A stretch of 64,000 nt of DNA from Mytilus californianus (Eukaryota). The position numbers and the translations under genes are program-made. The first letter of the stretch is position 1. Each line of letters begins with the position of its first letter. The notes beneath the pieces are model-generated. The model saw only the letters and a list, made by a program, of their open reading frames with translations. It made no database searches and was not told the DNA's origin. Below, piece after piece: positions 28,701-38,110 of the stretch. Location: the NCBI RefSeq assembly GCF_021869535.1, contig NW_026262745.1, positions 68,448,001-68,512,000 on the forward strand. The letters are read 5' to 3'.

Positions 28701-31700
28701 TTTTCTATATAAATGATTGTAAAGATAGACGTTTTTTTTTTTTCAATATGTTAAACAAAGTGTCAATTTTAAAGTACAATTGAATATTTTTCTGATTTTT
28801 TGTCAACAGAATATATGCAAAGACAACACACTGAGGACCTTTTACCTCCTGAATTAAAAGGTATATTCTACATTCACAAAATAACAAAAATTAAAATCGT
28901 CATGACCAAAACGGACATTGATAAATATTATAAAACATTGTACACAAAAGACTGTGGATTCATTATTATTCGTGGAATACCAATGTTCGTGGATTGATGA
29001 AAAATTGAATTTTCGTTGATTTTTGATTTCATGGTTTTGCCACATTCTGCATACAAGCCTATAGAAAATTTGCACGAAAATAAATGTATTCACAGTATCA
29101 GATATAAACATGATATAGAATAAGTAACAATATCAAATTACTGTTCATTTGCTGTATATCATGTATATAGGATTTCAAGTTAATGTTACTGTCATAATGT
29201 CAAATTCATGTACTAAACTATTTTTCATCACTTTAACAAGTTAATTTAACAAAAAAAACATAGTTTATCTATTATTAAAGTTCTCATCGAATGCAAATGT
29301 AGTAATCGACACAAACATCTGTTTATTCAAATATTCATACAGACAAACTATGAATGGGACTCATTCCTGAAATGTGTCACTGAAATAAGAATACACGTTA
29401 ACATATTTAACGATAACTTCATTATGATACGTTTTATTCAAACTTCACACACAGTTACTAGTAATTATTTTTAACTGTTTAAAACACCACTGACAAAACT
29501 GATATTTCTCGGCATACCTGTCTGTGTCACGAATTTCTACGATTTTATTTCTCCAATCTCGGAATGGCAAACATAAATTATTCGTTTAATGGAAATCATG
29601 GAATTTTCAAATTCGTCTAAGTTCTCATGTCCTTCTATTTTTTTTTTTTCATTTGTCACTGTAGTCAAATTCTGTACGGTTGAAAAAAAAAAACCTTCTT
29701 ATCATGTGACAAATAGCATGGATTTTTACCAGTTTTGATAGATTTCTGTGGTGCCTTTTTTATCAAATCATCTGTAAATTTTACACTTTTTCCCTCTTTA
29801 ATTTTTACAAGACTATTGGTGTGGTACGTGTCTACTGTCTAACTTCCCTTGTTATTGTTATTAATAGGCACGTTTCCGGTTAAGGTATAACAAGTGTTTG
29901 AACTCTCCGAATTATCCCCTTTCTTTACCTCATCGAATTCAGTATCTGCATCTCCCAGTTATTTTAGCTTTCACTTATACAACGTTCATAATCATATAAT
30001 TGAAATGAGTTAGAATCTTGTCATAGTTTCAATAGCTTATCGTCTTTCCCAGTAATTGATCTTGCTTTATGTTTGACACCTTTGTTTATCTGAGCGGCAT
30101 TGTTTCTTGTCTGGCCAGATCAGTGATTTTAGACTTTTTATTTGTTCAATGTCATGTTGTATAGAATTACAGACAAATAAATAAACTTACTTTTCACAAA
30201 TACATATTAACACCAATTCAGTGGCATACAGTGTTGTTCCTGTCATGTCGTATGACGTGACCACTTTATATAATCGAGAAATGTCCATCAATAACTGTCA
30301 GTATTAATAAAACATAAGTGTTTTAAAATACGATAAGTTCCGTATATTGATTAAATCGTTGTTTCATATACAAATGTACATGTTTCATATACATGTTTCA
30401 TATACATCCATCACATCATTAAAATATTATACGATTTAGATTTGATATACCTTCTTCGACATTTATAAAAAGGAGTATGACAATATATATTTACAGGACC
30501 ACTTTAAAAAAAAAGACGACTGTGTCGTCCATAGAAATTACAATTCATTTGAAAGCATTCCTGAATTTATACATTTTATTACTCATATTCTAACTGCATA
30601 CACCATATAACATACATTATCCTATGTTCATTGGTATCAACATTACTTTATTGAAACGTGTCTATAATTATAAGTTTAATTTGCAAAATTGTTCGTCTTA
30701 AACATGCATAACAGAAAGTATAAATGACTCAATCGAAAATGTTCTAATATGTACAATTCAGAAAAACATGATCAACACATCGACAACTGGAGAAAAGACG
30801 AAGAAAAGTTTATTGAAACAGAAGCAAGTAAAAACGTTGAAGAACGACTCAGGAAAGATAAATGCGTTCTAGTAGTTGGTCGTTCCGGGAATGGTAAATC
30901 GTCAATTATCCGCCATCTAGCACTCAGTATCCAAGCTGAAATGTCTTATCAAATAATGCCAACAGTGAAATCTCCATCCGATATACTTGCATTTAATGAT
31001 CAGAAAAGAAACCAAATATTCATTATAGATGATCTATTGGGAAAAGACATGATTAACGCGCAGGCTGTGGATGAGTGGTCTGCTGAAATAGATAAAGTTT
31101 TAATGTTATTGAATACTGATTCACGATGTAAAACTGAGAAGGAACCAGACGGCAATGTTAAATTTCTGTTTGCTACTGGTGTAGATTTTTATAATGATAG
31201 TATGTTCCATCGCCTTAATCCTATTAAAAAATATGCCTGCGACATTTCCAATTGGCCTTTGAATGACCAAGAAAAGCTTGCAATGATTAGGAATTATATT
31301 TCCCCGGAATCAGAATCAAAACTTACAAAAAAACTTAATTCGGACGAAGCGTATTTTCCATTATTATGTAAAATAGCTGAAGGAAGAACAGCAGAACATA
31401 TTATCAGGTTATTTAGTAACCTTAATGATTTCATTAAGCAAGATCTGTTAGCCTTGAAAGAGACCAATCATCTGAAATTCTGTATTATAACCTTATGCGC
31501 GATATTAAATAACAACTTCGTAGAAGACTTACTTACTGATGGTTACGATTTTGACACCGAAAGAAAGATTTTTGAAAATATTTGCATGGAATTCAATTTA
31601 GGATCTCAAAAAGAACCAGTTAAAAATAAAATAAGAGAACAATTAAAGAACCTTGAAGGTATGTACTTGGCCAAAACAGAGAATTATTATCATTTTATTC

Positions 31701-33304
31701 ACTCTAAAGTGTACCGTACCGCAGTTTTGGTATGTGGCCAGGCTTTTCTACATAATTTTATCAAATTCGGCCGAAGCTCATATATTGCCGAGAGATTTTG
31801 TTTTAAATCGAGTATTACAGACAGAAATCAAGATTCTGTTATTATAATAGATGATGAGAATACCGAAAAAAGATATTTCGACAGATTAATGGCAGATTTA
31901 GAACAAGGGGTTACATACAGTGCATTTCATAACAGTCAACTTCGGCATAAATCATACCGGGATAAATTTTGTTTGTATTGTCAAAACAGAAAACAGAAAG
32001 TTAGTGAACTTTTAAAACATTTTAATGCTTACAGTGAAACTCTAACGAAAAATGTTTCATTTGAAAATAAGGAAGATTATGAAGATTATATTGATTTTAA
32101 AAATCAACATCATTTTTCGTCACACAAAATGCGAAAACCATTAATAGAATCTGCATGGGAAGGATACGCTGACATTATTCAAATGTTATTGGATTCTGGT
32201 TGCAATATAAATGAAATTGACAAATTCGGAAGAACCGCGTTATTTGTTGCGTGTTTTTGCGGAAACGACGATGTAGTTGATGTATTGCTGCGAAATAATG
32301 CCAACCATTCGTTGTACGATCAAATTGGACAGTCTCCATTATTTGTAGCATCCAGAGAAGGATACCATAAAATAGTCCAGGTCCTTATACAGAAGTCCGC
32401 TGATCTGAATCTATGCAACGTAAATGGAGATTCACCATTACTGATAGCCTCATCTGAAGGTCACTTGTGGACTGTTCAAACGTTATTACGGGAAGTACAA
32501 GATTTTTCGAAGTGCAATAATCTAGGACAAACCCCAGTTTTTCTGGCATCTATGAATGGTAGAACCGATGTTTTGAAATACTTATTTTCATCGCATTTCA
32601 GTGAATATATTTCTAAATTTGACAATGAAGGCAGATCCCCTTTGTTTATTGCATGCATGGGAGGACACCATACAGTAGTTCAATTCCTTCTAGAGAATCA
32701 TGCCGATATTTCACAGTGTGATTGGAGTAAACGGTCGCCATTATTTATTGCTTCTGCCGAAGGACATGCTAAAATAGTTAAATTATTAGTTCAGAACAAT
32801 GCTAATATAAATCATTGCGACGAGGAAGGTATGACGCCATTATTTATCGCCGCTGAGAAAGGCCGAACAGAAATTGCCAGTTTTCTTATTGATAGCGGAG
32901 CCAATATAAATATAACGGATAATAAAAGGCGCAGCCCATTTTATGCAGCTTGTAGGAGAGGGTTTATAAGCATAGTTCAGTTGTTGCATGAACATAATGC
33001 CCGCACTTCCGATTGCAATAAATGGGGAGGTTCAGCCTTGTTTGCCGCATGCAGGGAGGGTCATGTCGATATTGCTAAATTTCTTATACATATAGGAGCT
33101 AACATTTCTACACCGGATTGTAACGGTACCACTCCATTGTTAGTAGCATGTGAAAATGGAAATACCGAAATAGTAAAGTTTTTAATAAACAGTGGTGCTA
33201 ATGTTAATGATTGTGACAACGATAAAAAGACTCCTTTAAACGTAGTTATTGCTGGAGGATTTACTGATGTGAGAGAACTTTTGTTGAATAAAGGTGCGCT
33301 TTGA
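4235..33304 (+). CDS. Gene 1 (whole model): predicted type I membrane protein with signal peptide, Cys-rich TNFR-like ectodomain, TM helix, STAND (nSTAND3-like) NTPase and 12 ankyrin repeats. Exons: 4235-4258, 12449-12632, 17234-17536, 19870-19936, 20275-20330, 21880-21931, 24949-25005, 28810-28860, 30762-33304
   Basis: Manual splicing with canonical AG/GT sites. Intron phases are consistent at every junction except exon 6 to exon 7 (1 nt off). With that corrected the CDS is 3336 nt, or 1111 aa. Confidence 0.7.
4711..4739. repeat. (AT)n microsatellite; others at about 38909-38929 and 42555-42590
   Basis: Direct dinucleotide run. Confidence 0.9.
5252..6660. mobile_element. Nested repeat cluster: family B (+, 5252-5830), RT-thumb fragment (+, 5836-6030), PLE-like tail and family A (-, about 6385-6657)
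   Basis: gaatgtg(t/a)caaagagacaacaacccgacc motif, also at 43966-44050, 54827-54977 and 24035-24150. The RT fragment translates as DLHLDIDNDGQLRTKLYD...SAPAYGV. Confidence 0.75.
8258..8836. mobile_element. MITE with TIRs (AGGYCCGGTAAG) and an internal inverted repeat; TTAA at the right flank
   Basis: 8264-8275 is the reverse complement of about 8818-8829; internal inverted repeat at 8468-8500 / 8583-8615. Confidence 0.65.
9964..11524 (+). mobile_element. Degenerate 5'-truncated Penelope-like retroelement (RT and thumb, 3' pLTR with hammerhead, inverted pLTR piece at the 5' end)
   Basis: HKIHR (about 10035), RPIIS, SFDVVSMYTN, YKQNIGAAIG, RYRDD, FLDV, KPTNAFLYL, IAYKKHKNIADLL. Several frameshifts and stops. 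66-bp inverted repeat at 9964-10029 / 11458-11524. Confidence 0.88.
11249..11358 (+). ncRNA. Type I hammerhead ribozyme motif with an enlarged stem II
   Basis: AATCC-CTGATGA (11254-11260)...GAAA (11335-11338), ACACTA-GAT-TAGTGT-C (11353), GGATT. Stems I and III pair fully; the base of stem II is non-canonical. Confidence 0.65.
12449..12632 (+). CDS. Gene 1 exon 2: signal-peptide core and Cys-rich N-terminal domain (ILLLLVIIDIGMGIQCPDSSQWKLR...FCRNKQDFHKP)
   Basis: Acceptor tttttttag| and donor CCAG|gtattg. Open frame matches ORF 12458..12679 and has 4 Cys. Confidence 0.8.
13190..13910 (-). mobile_element. Tandem array of about 2.5 diverged 260-330 bp units, each with a minimal hammerhead-like motif (PLE pLTR / retrozyme-like)
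   Basis: Minus-strand GCGTTC-CTGATGA-AGGTAAATCCA-GAAA-A(A/G)CGCTTC-GGA(C/T)GC variants at 13241-13282, 13505-13546 and 13837-13878. Confidence 0.65.
14243..15290 (-). mobile_element. PLE-type RT thumb fragment plus long 3' tail (family D)
   Basis: Minus frames give IYDKRDDF and SSNIPTSPTYRIYTSQLIRFLRAC. The tail recurs at 24275-24760, 40680-40850 and 63495-63915; the RT part recurs at 41800-42300. Confidence 0.8.
16280..16800 (+). mobile_element. PLE-type RT C-terminus plus 3' tail (family C), ending in a long T-rich run
   Basis: QLIRYSRDCVSYHDFLDRG...[14 protein letters not shown]; local 19-bp duplication at about 16310/16334. Related copies at 18470-18840, 34840-35010, 56895-57410 and 58875-59268. 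Confidence 0.8.
17234..17536 (+). CDS. Gene 1 exon 3: TNFR-like cysteine-rich domain (CTEEGQVDFNNGTTVSDSTCRCD...EDCSCFKKPC)
   Basis: Acceptor ccttgttag| and donor CCTG|gtatgt; 303 nt, phase 1-1; 10 Cys. The C-x-x-x-G-x(5)-GT-x-x-SD-x-x-C pattern resembles TNFR CRDs. Confidence 0.85.
18470..18840 (-). repeat. Family C tail copy (degenerate)
   Basis: Similar to 58875-59250. Confidence 0.65.
19870..19936 (+). CDS. Gene 1 exon 4 (DYECVETDHLIGGFACPVIRKQ)
   Basis: Acceptor tatttgcag| and donor CAAAG|gtaaat; phase 1-2; continues the Cys pattern (TPDYEC). Confidence 0.75.
20275..20330 (+). CDS. Gene 1 exon 5, stalk (RLPDISLKTENDITKVVHR)
   Basis: Strong polypyrimidine acceptor tttttgttttgcag| and donor CGAG|gtcagt; phase 2-1. 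Confidence 0.65.
21880..21931 (+). CDS. Gene 1 exon 6, juxtamembrane/TM start (GTIRIPERKNIVF...); frame conflict with exon 7
   Basis: Acceptor ccttttcag| and donor TTT|gtaagt. The exon is 52 nt, one more than needed to enter the TM frame of exon 7. Confidence 0.55.
24275..24760 (-). repeat. Family D 3'-tail copy in gene 1 intron 6
   Basis: High similarity to 14243-14700. Confidence 0.75.
24949..25005 (+). CDS. Gene 1 exon 7, transmembrane helix (TIVVTIILMFCVQIVGYC)
   Basis: Acceptor ttttttttatttcag| and donor TGTA|gtaagt; 57 nt; the phase-1 frame is strongly hydrophobic. Confidence 0.7.
27116..27330 (+). mobile_element. Degenerate tRNA-derived SINE
   Basis: A-box-like TGCTTGAGTGG, B-box GTTCGAACC, and central GGTGGTTCTCTCTGGGCGCTCCTGTTT resembling conserved metazoan SINE central domains. 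Confidence 0.55.
28245..28568 (-). repeat. Family A repeat copy in gene 1 intron 7
   Basis: Reverse complement of 53775-54100. Confidence 0.75.
28810..28860 (+). CDS. Gene 1 exon 8, cytoplasmic linker (KYMQRQHTEDLLPPELK)
   Basis: Acceptor ttttttgtcaacag| and donor AAAG|gtatat; 51 nt, phase 1-1; joins in frame to EKHDQHIDNW of the last exon. Confidence 0.75.
30762..33304 (+). CDS. Gene 1 terminal exon: STAND P-loop NTPase (nSTAND3-like), helical/winged-helix region and ankyrin repeats
   Basis: 851-aa ORF 30749..33304. Walker A GRSGNGKS (30878-30901), Walker B IFIIDD (about 31015-31033), GxP-like YFPLLC, WHD-like YHFIHS. Acceptor tacaattcag| ends at 30761. Confidence 0.93.
32135..33301 (+). 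repeat. 12 tandem ankyrin repeats (about 33 aa each) at the C-terminus of gene 1
   Basis: Recurrent G-x-[TS]-[PA]-L-[FL]-x-A-x-x-x-G-H...L+..GA.+N motif, from PLIESAWEG to TPLNVVIAGG. Confidence 0.95.
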
Positions 33305-33325
33305 CAATATATCCCTAGCAATGAT

Positions 33326-33343
33326 AATAAAAAAAGAAATAAA
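33326..33343 (+). promoter_or_regulatory. Candidate polyadenylation signals of gene 1
   Basis: AATAAA at 33326-33331 and 33338-33343, just after the stop, followed by T/G-rich sequence. Confidence 0.45.
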
Positions 33344-33789
33344 ATTTGTTTGCAGTATTGAACGTTAGACTAATTAATTGATCACTTGAATGTAAGCAAG
33401 ATATATCAATTTATTGATTTATTGATTAATTGATTGTTGGTTAATATGCTGTCAGATCATCCATGCATCTTCACAATTACCATTCCCATGACAATTTGTT
33501 AAAATGATATCGAGCCAAAATGCCGTCTATACATGTATATATAATAAGGAGATGCAAGTGTCTCCCTACTTCTAAATACAATGGCCCAGCGATGGAGTTA
33601 ATACCAATTTAACGTGTTTGAATATAATCAACGGTCTCTGACCACCGACCTCCAAAAATTGTAGCAAGAACATAAGCTGGTGTGACGATATGGTCAATCC
33701 AGAAAGCAGTTTCGGACGCACTAGCGGTTTTGCATCTGGCACAGCATGTTCCTTCATGTTTAATGACTTTTTGTAGCAAGGAAGCAGTT

Positions 33790-34700
33790 AATGCTATGTT
33801 GATGCGGTTTTAATACGATACAGCTAAAAGCGAGTAATATTTTTTTCAGAAATAGTTTTTATCTTATGTGCAAGAGCACTATCCTCATCTGTTTCAATAC
33901 TGCTGAAATTTTAGTCAAATAATCCCAATCATGATCTTTAAGAAGCATATGTGTGTCACCTTTCTTTGTAATAGTTCTATCAAGCATTACACCGTAAGCA
34001 CTTTACGTTGTTCACATAGTTGAATTCCATCGCTTTACAACTACTTGTACAAGTTCATTCTGTACACTCATTTGTGCTGTTTTCGTAGTGGAATGTTTGA
34101 AATGTCTCACTAACTTACAGGCGCGTGAAGTTACTTTGTACAGTAGTGGGTATTTCCAAGCATAGTTTGACAATGTTTGAGTCAAATATGAATGGTATTA
34201 CTAAATCAATTCAAATCCTGAAAGTCATTTTTTTCTGATGCACAATTCATGACTCTTTGATTGCCATGTACAGAGTTCACAATACTACCGTCCAATTCAA
34301 ACTCTGAAACTGTAGATTTTAGCCGTTCTGGAATATATATGCCAGTATGGCGTTCAGGCATTTCACGAGTAACGATAACATTTGACTGTAAAGTCTAGTC
34401 TGTTCTGTAACTGTTAAAAAACTTTTTGTAGCATTCGATGTCTTTGTATCAAAAGTAAGAGATAAGCTGTCAATCAAATTTAACTCTTTAAATCAAATTT
34501 TATTTTTGTAAACATGAGTTCTCTATTCTAGAGTATTTCTAGATGGAATGTAAAATTCTGGAGCTATTATTAACATAAGTTTTGAACATCCCTTTTCTTC
34601 AACAATACGAATGGGTAAGTAATCTCCAATACTACCATGATAGCTGCTATGGTATTTGTTATAACTTCAAATTGAGAAGATGAAAATCTTCTTGTTCTCC
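33790..34700 (-). pseudogene. Fossil hAT-superfamily (Ac/ZBED1-like) transposase, heavily disrupted
   Basis: Minus-strand pieces in order: GDYLPIRIVEE, APEFYIPSRNTL, SLTFD (catalytic D region), RHTG, CKLVRHFKHST, KRWNST, DWDYLTKISAVL. Confidence 0.8.
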
Positions 34701-34839
34701 GCGTATTAACAAAATCTAAAACTAGCGATCTTTTCTCTTGAATGATTTAGCATATTACTCGTACCACCAGTATACACTAATTCCATTTTACAAAATTTTA
34801 CATTTAACTATTTTTGAGTCAGTCGGTATAACGTTTAAA

Positions 34840-35010
34840 CCAGATCACCCCCAGTTTTTGGTGGGGTTCGTGTTGCTTAGTCTTCAGTTTTCTATGTTGT
34901 GTCATCTGTACTATTATTTGTCTGTTTGTCTTTATTTTTGGCCATGGCGTTGTCAGTTTGTTTTCGATCTATGAGTTTGACTGTCCCTCTGGTATCTTTC
35001 GTCCCTCTAT
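34840..35010 (+). repeat. Family C tail copy (young)
   Basis: Near-identical reverse complement of 58875-59045. Confidence 0.8.
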
Positions 35011-36129
35011 TAAAGAATAACGAAGCCTTGGATAATGGGGGTGGCATACATGTATTTACATGTTGGTACACACGACAAGAAATCAAAGTTAAGTAATGAA
35101 CTAAATCGTAAAATTTAATCCGCTAACAACTGTTCAAAATATATGTATGCTAATTATGTAACAGTTATCCATGAGGACGCGATGTGTCAGTGTACGATCA
35201 CTCCGATGGCCAGAGGCCGAAGGCGATCTTACACTGACACACCAAGTCCGAATGGGGTAACTATTTTACATCCCAGCTGTTCTACATTATATATATAAAA
35301 CATTTACGCTCCATAAAACCTAGTTTTGAACGCCACACAATCATTATAATTTTAATAATATTCTTTTTATATTACTATATAGTATATTAGTATAAAGTGT
35401 ATTACTATATAGCATATACCCTTTATGAGCCCCGGACACACTGTTTGGATATGTTAAATTAACAGATAGTTTACTTCTAGTCGTCCTGGTGTAGGGGTAT
35501 GAACCTTGGATTTATATGCTTAAGGTCTTGAGTTCGATTCCCAGCAAAGACTAGATTTTTTCTACATAAATGTTGATAGTTAGCCTTTTCCGTAATAGTT
35601 ATACACGGAGGCCGATGTGGTTTCTTATCCAGGCACACGGAGCAGTATCCCGAAGTGTATAACTAACTTACATCCGATGATAAACCCTATATTTGTTTAC
35701 ATTGAATATTAAATGAAAAAGAACGGATATCATTTTTATTAACAATATCAAACCATGATTAATAAGATTTTTTTTTAAATGAAACCCCACTAGTAACCTT
35801 ACTTTGACGATCTTCATTCAAAAGTGAGTAGATTATACAAATGTCAAAGTTGCCGTGTTGTATATTCCCGTCATATCCAAGTGCTAATATGGATCAGCAG
35901 GTCAAGGTTGGCCGTATCGTGCATTCTTATTACAAAAAAAAGTATACCATGCTCCTTGTATGCAGTTGTCAATATGGACGGGTATAAGACGGACGACATT
36001 TTGAGTCAGGCGTTGGATTTGGCAGAAGAGACTGAAGATAACGCAATATTTATAACCCAAAGAACTTACAAGTTTAATGAAGGTAATCATAAATGTATTT
36101 TACATGTAACGGTTTTATAAAAAAAAAAA

Positions 36130-36433
36130 GCCCCCCCCCCCCCCCCCCACCCTCTTCTCAACATTAACAAACATTCATATTCGAACATTCTGAGGGATAG
36201 GTGTGTCTGGAATAGAAACCCGACGACCAGAAACGCTTAACATACGAAAATACAAATTGCATATGCAAGAACCCTTTTGGGGGGCAATCCAAAAGGAGGG
36301 GGGTGTTCCGGGGGTTGGAACCCCCTTTTTTTACGATCAATGCTTTTGAACGGGGACATATGGCTAGAACCCATCCCCCCCTTTTTTTATCCTGGGTTGG
36401 CACCCCCTTTTAAATATGGCTGGATCCGCCCCT
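36130..36433. mobile_element. G/C-tract MITE copy with poly-C run
   Basis: Colinear with 60240-60378. Confidence 0.6.
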
Positions 36434-37329
36434 CGGTGCCATCATTAGTCTTCAACAATCCAAACAAGACTTAGTCCATATGAAAACTATGTTTTTTTTA
36501 AATGTATGATTCAAATAAAAGTTCTTTACATATATGTTCATTAAGACATTGCCATATGGGATTAAAATTGTAGCTTAAAGCAAAGGAGTTTTTAAATGAT
36601 TTTTTTATTCAAAAAAGATGCTAAATATTTTTTTCGCTATTGGAATTTCCTGAAATATGTTTTTTTTAATATGTCTTGAAACAACTTGTAGGGAACACTA
36701 TTAGTAATCTCTTTATGTTCATGCTATCAAAAAAAAAACAATTTTTATTATCATGAATAACAATGGACTATATTTTCGGGATGTAGAAACAGGGGTTTCT
36801 AGAACCCCGCTCGTCACACCCTGTGGTCAAAATCCATTGTTATTCGTAACAAATGATAGATCTATTAAATTTACACTTATTCCAGAAATAGAAACTATGA
36901 AGTATGTCAATAGAACTGGGGTGTAAATATAAATATTTCTAAGTTTTATTGTCACGGAATTTAACATTGTCGCTATTTGTTACAGAACAAAGGAAAGCAT
37001 GCATTTATAACAGGGTTTTTCGTCGTTCCTGTTATATTTAGAATTCTGGGGGAAAGTCACTGTCTAAAGTCAACAAAACTAAGTTAAGCTTTACGATGGT
37101 TTATATATAACTTCTCCAATAGTGCAATACATTAATTACAATAATAGATCAACGGTAATATTCCAAAAATATAAAACAAATGGTAATGCCAATAAATGTT
37201 TTATACTAAACACAATGAAGATTCAATATTTTTCAGATTCAATATTTTATTTAAGTCTCACCACATACAATTACATATATTTACACAATAAAATATTCAT
37301 ACAGGTACATAAAACATACATGTATAACA

Positions 37330-38110
37330 ACAAACTTTAAATTCATATAGTATGTGCCAATCTTAAAGGATTTATGAGAGACTGTACAAGCAATACTGTT
37401 AAAAAACAATTAGATATTGTACATATTATATATAATATATATTTGCTTATGAATATCATTAAAATACAGCATAATCAATTATATAAAAAACCATTTCTTC
37501 TAATTAAAATGCTATAGCAGGTTCTGGTAACACTTTCAAAAACTTTATCATTATTGAATAAAAAGATTAACTTTTTATTATCTGATAAAATGTTAAAATC
37601 CACATTGAAATTTGTAACTTCATAAAACAATATATGTCTAAGATCTTCATATAGTGGACATTTCAATAAAACATGTAGTTCATCTTCAATACTATTATTA
37701 CAATAAAAACATGTTCGTTCGTGTATTTTTTTCTTTCATATCTACCCGTTTCTATTCTAAGGGGAGCAACTCCACATCTAAATTTAGCAAAAGAACTCCT
37801 AAATTTAAGAAGTGGCATTTTACATTTTAAGTAAGGTTCAGTACAATAATCATATTTAAATAGCTTATAAGTTCTTAATTTATTACCTTGTGCGTACGCA
37901 GATACTCTATTACTCCAATCTATTTTATATTTATCAAACATTATTGTTTCAAATTGTACAATAATATTCTTATTTAATACATTAGTTTCATAGTTACAAT
38001 AGCTATCAAAATTATGATTTTTAAACATTTCCATAACTCTATGGCTCCAATTCTTAATTCTACCTCTAGCTTTTTTAATTGACCATTTGAAAACCTTAAA
38101 CTTTATTCTA
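37330..38110 (-). mobile_element. 3' end of a non-LTR retrotransposon (LINE) ORF2 with C-terminal Cys/His domain
   Basis: NKLRTYKLFK...EPYL...FAKFRCGVAPLRIETGRY, followed by a frameshifted EDELHVLLKCPLYEDLR. Confidence 0.8.

Noticed and set aside
30749-30761. ATG at 30749 as the start of a stand-alone 851-aa NTPase-ANK protein
   Set aside because: The ATG lies inside an acceptor region (tacaattcag), and an in-phase upstream exon (28810-28860) exists. An internal start cannot be fully excluded without transcripts.
30762-33304. Recent horizontal transfer from bacteria, suggested by the intronless STAND exon
   Set aside because: Composition matches the host, the exon is spliced into a eukaryotic gene, and intronless NTPase exons are normal in animal NLR-like genes. 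Only a phylogeny could reopen this.
33061-33321. Antisense and alternate-frame ORFs within the ankyrin exon (also 31653-31847 and 32476-32658)
   Set aside because: Shadow ORFs of the real coding frame.
33590-33720. Minus-strand peptide SETAFWIDHIV resembling a UDP-glucuronosyltransferase C-terminus
   Set aside because: Only about 10 residues, with no flanking exons or continued similarity. Could be chance.
35477-35554. Functional tRNA gene
   Set aside because: The anticodon arm is oversized and the T-stem and acceptor stem are mispaired. Treated as a tRNA-derived relic.
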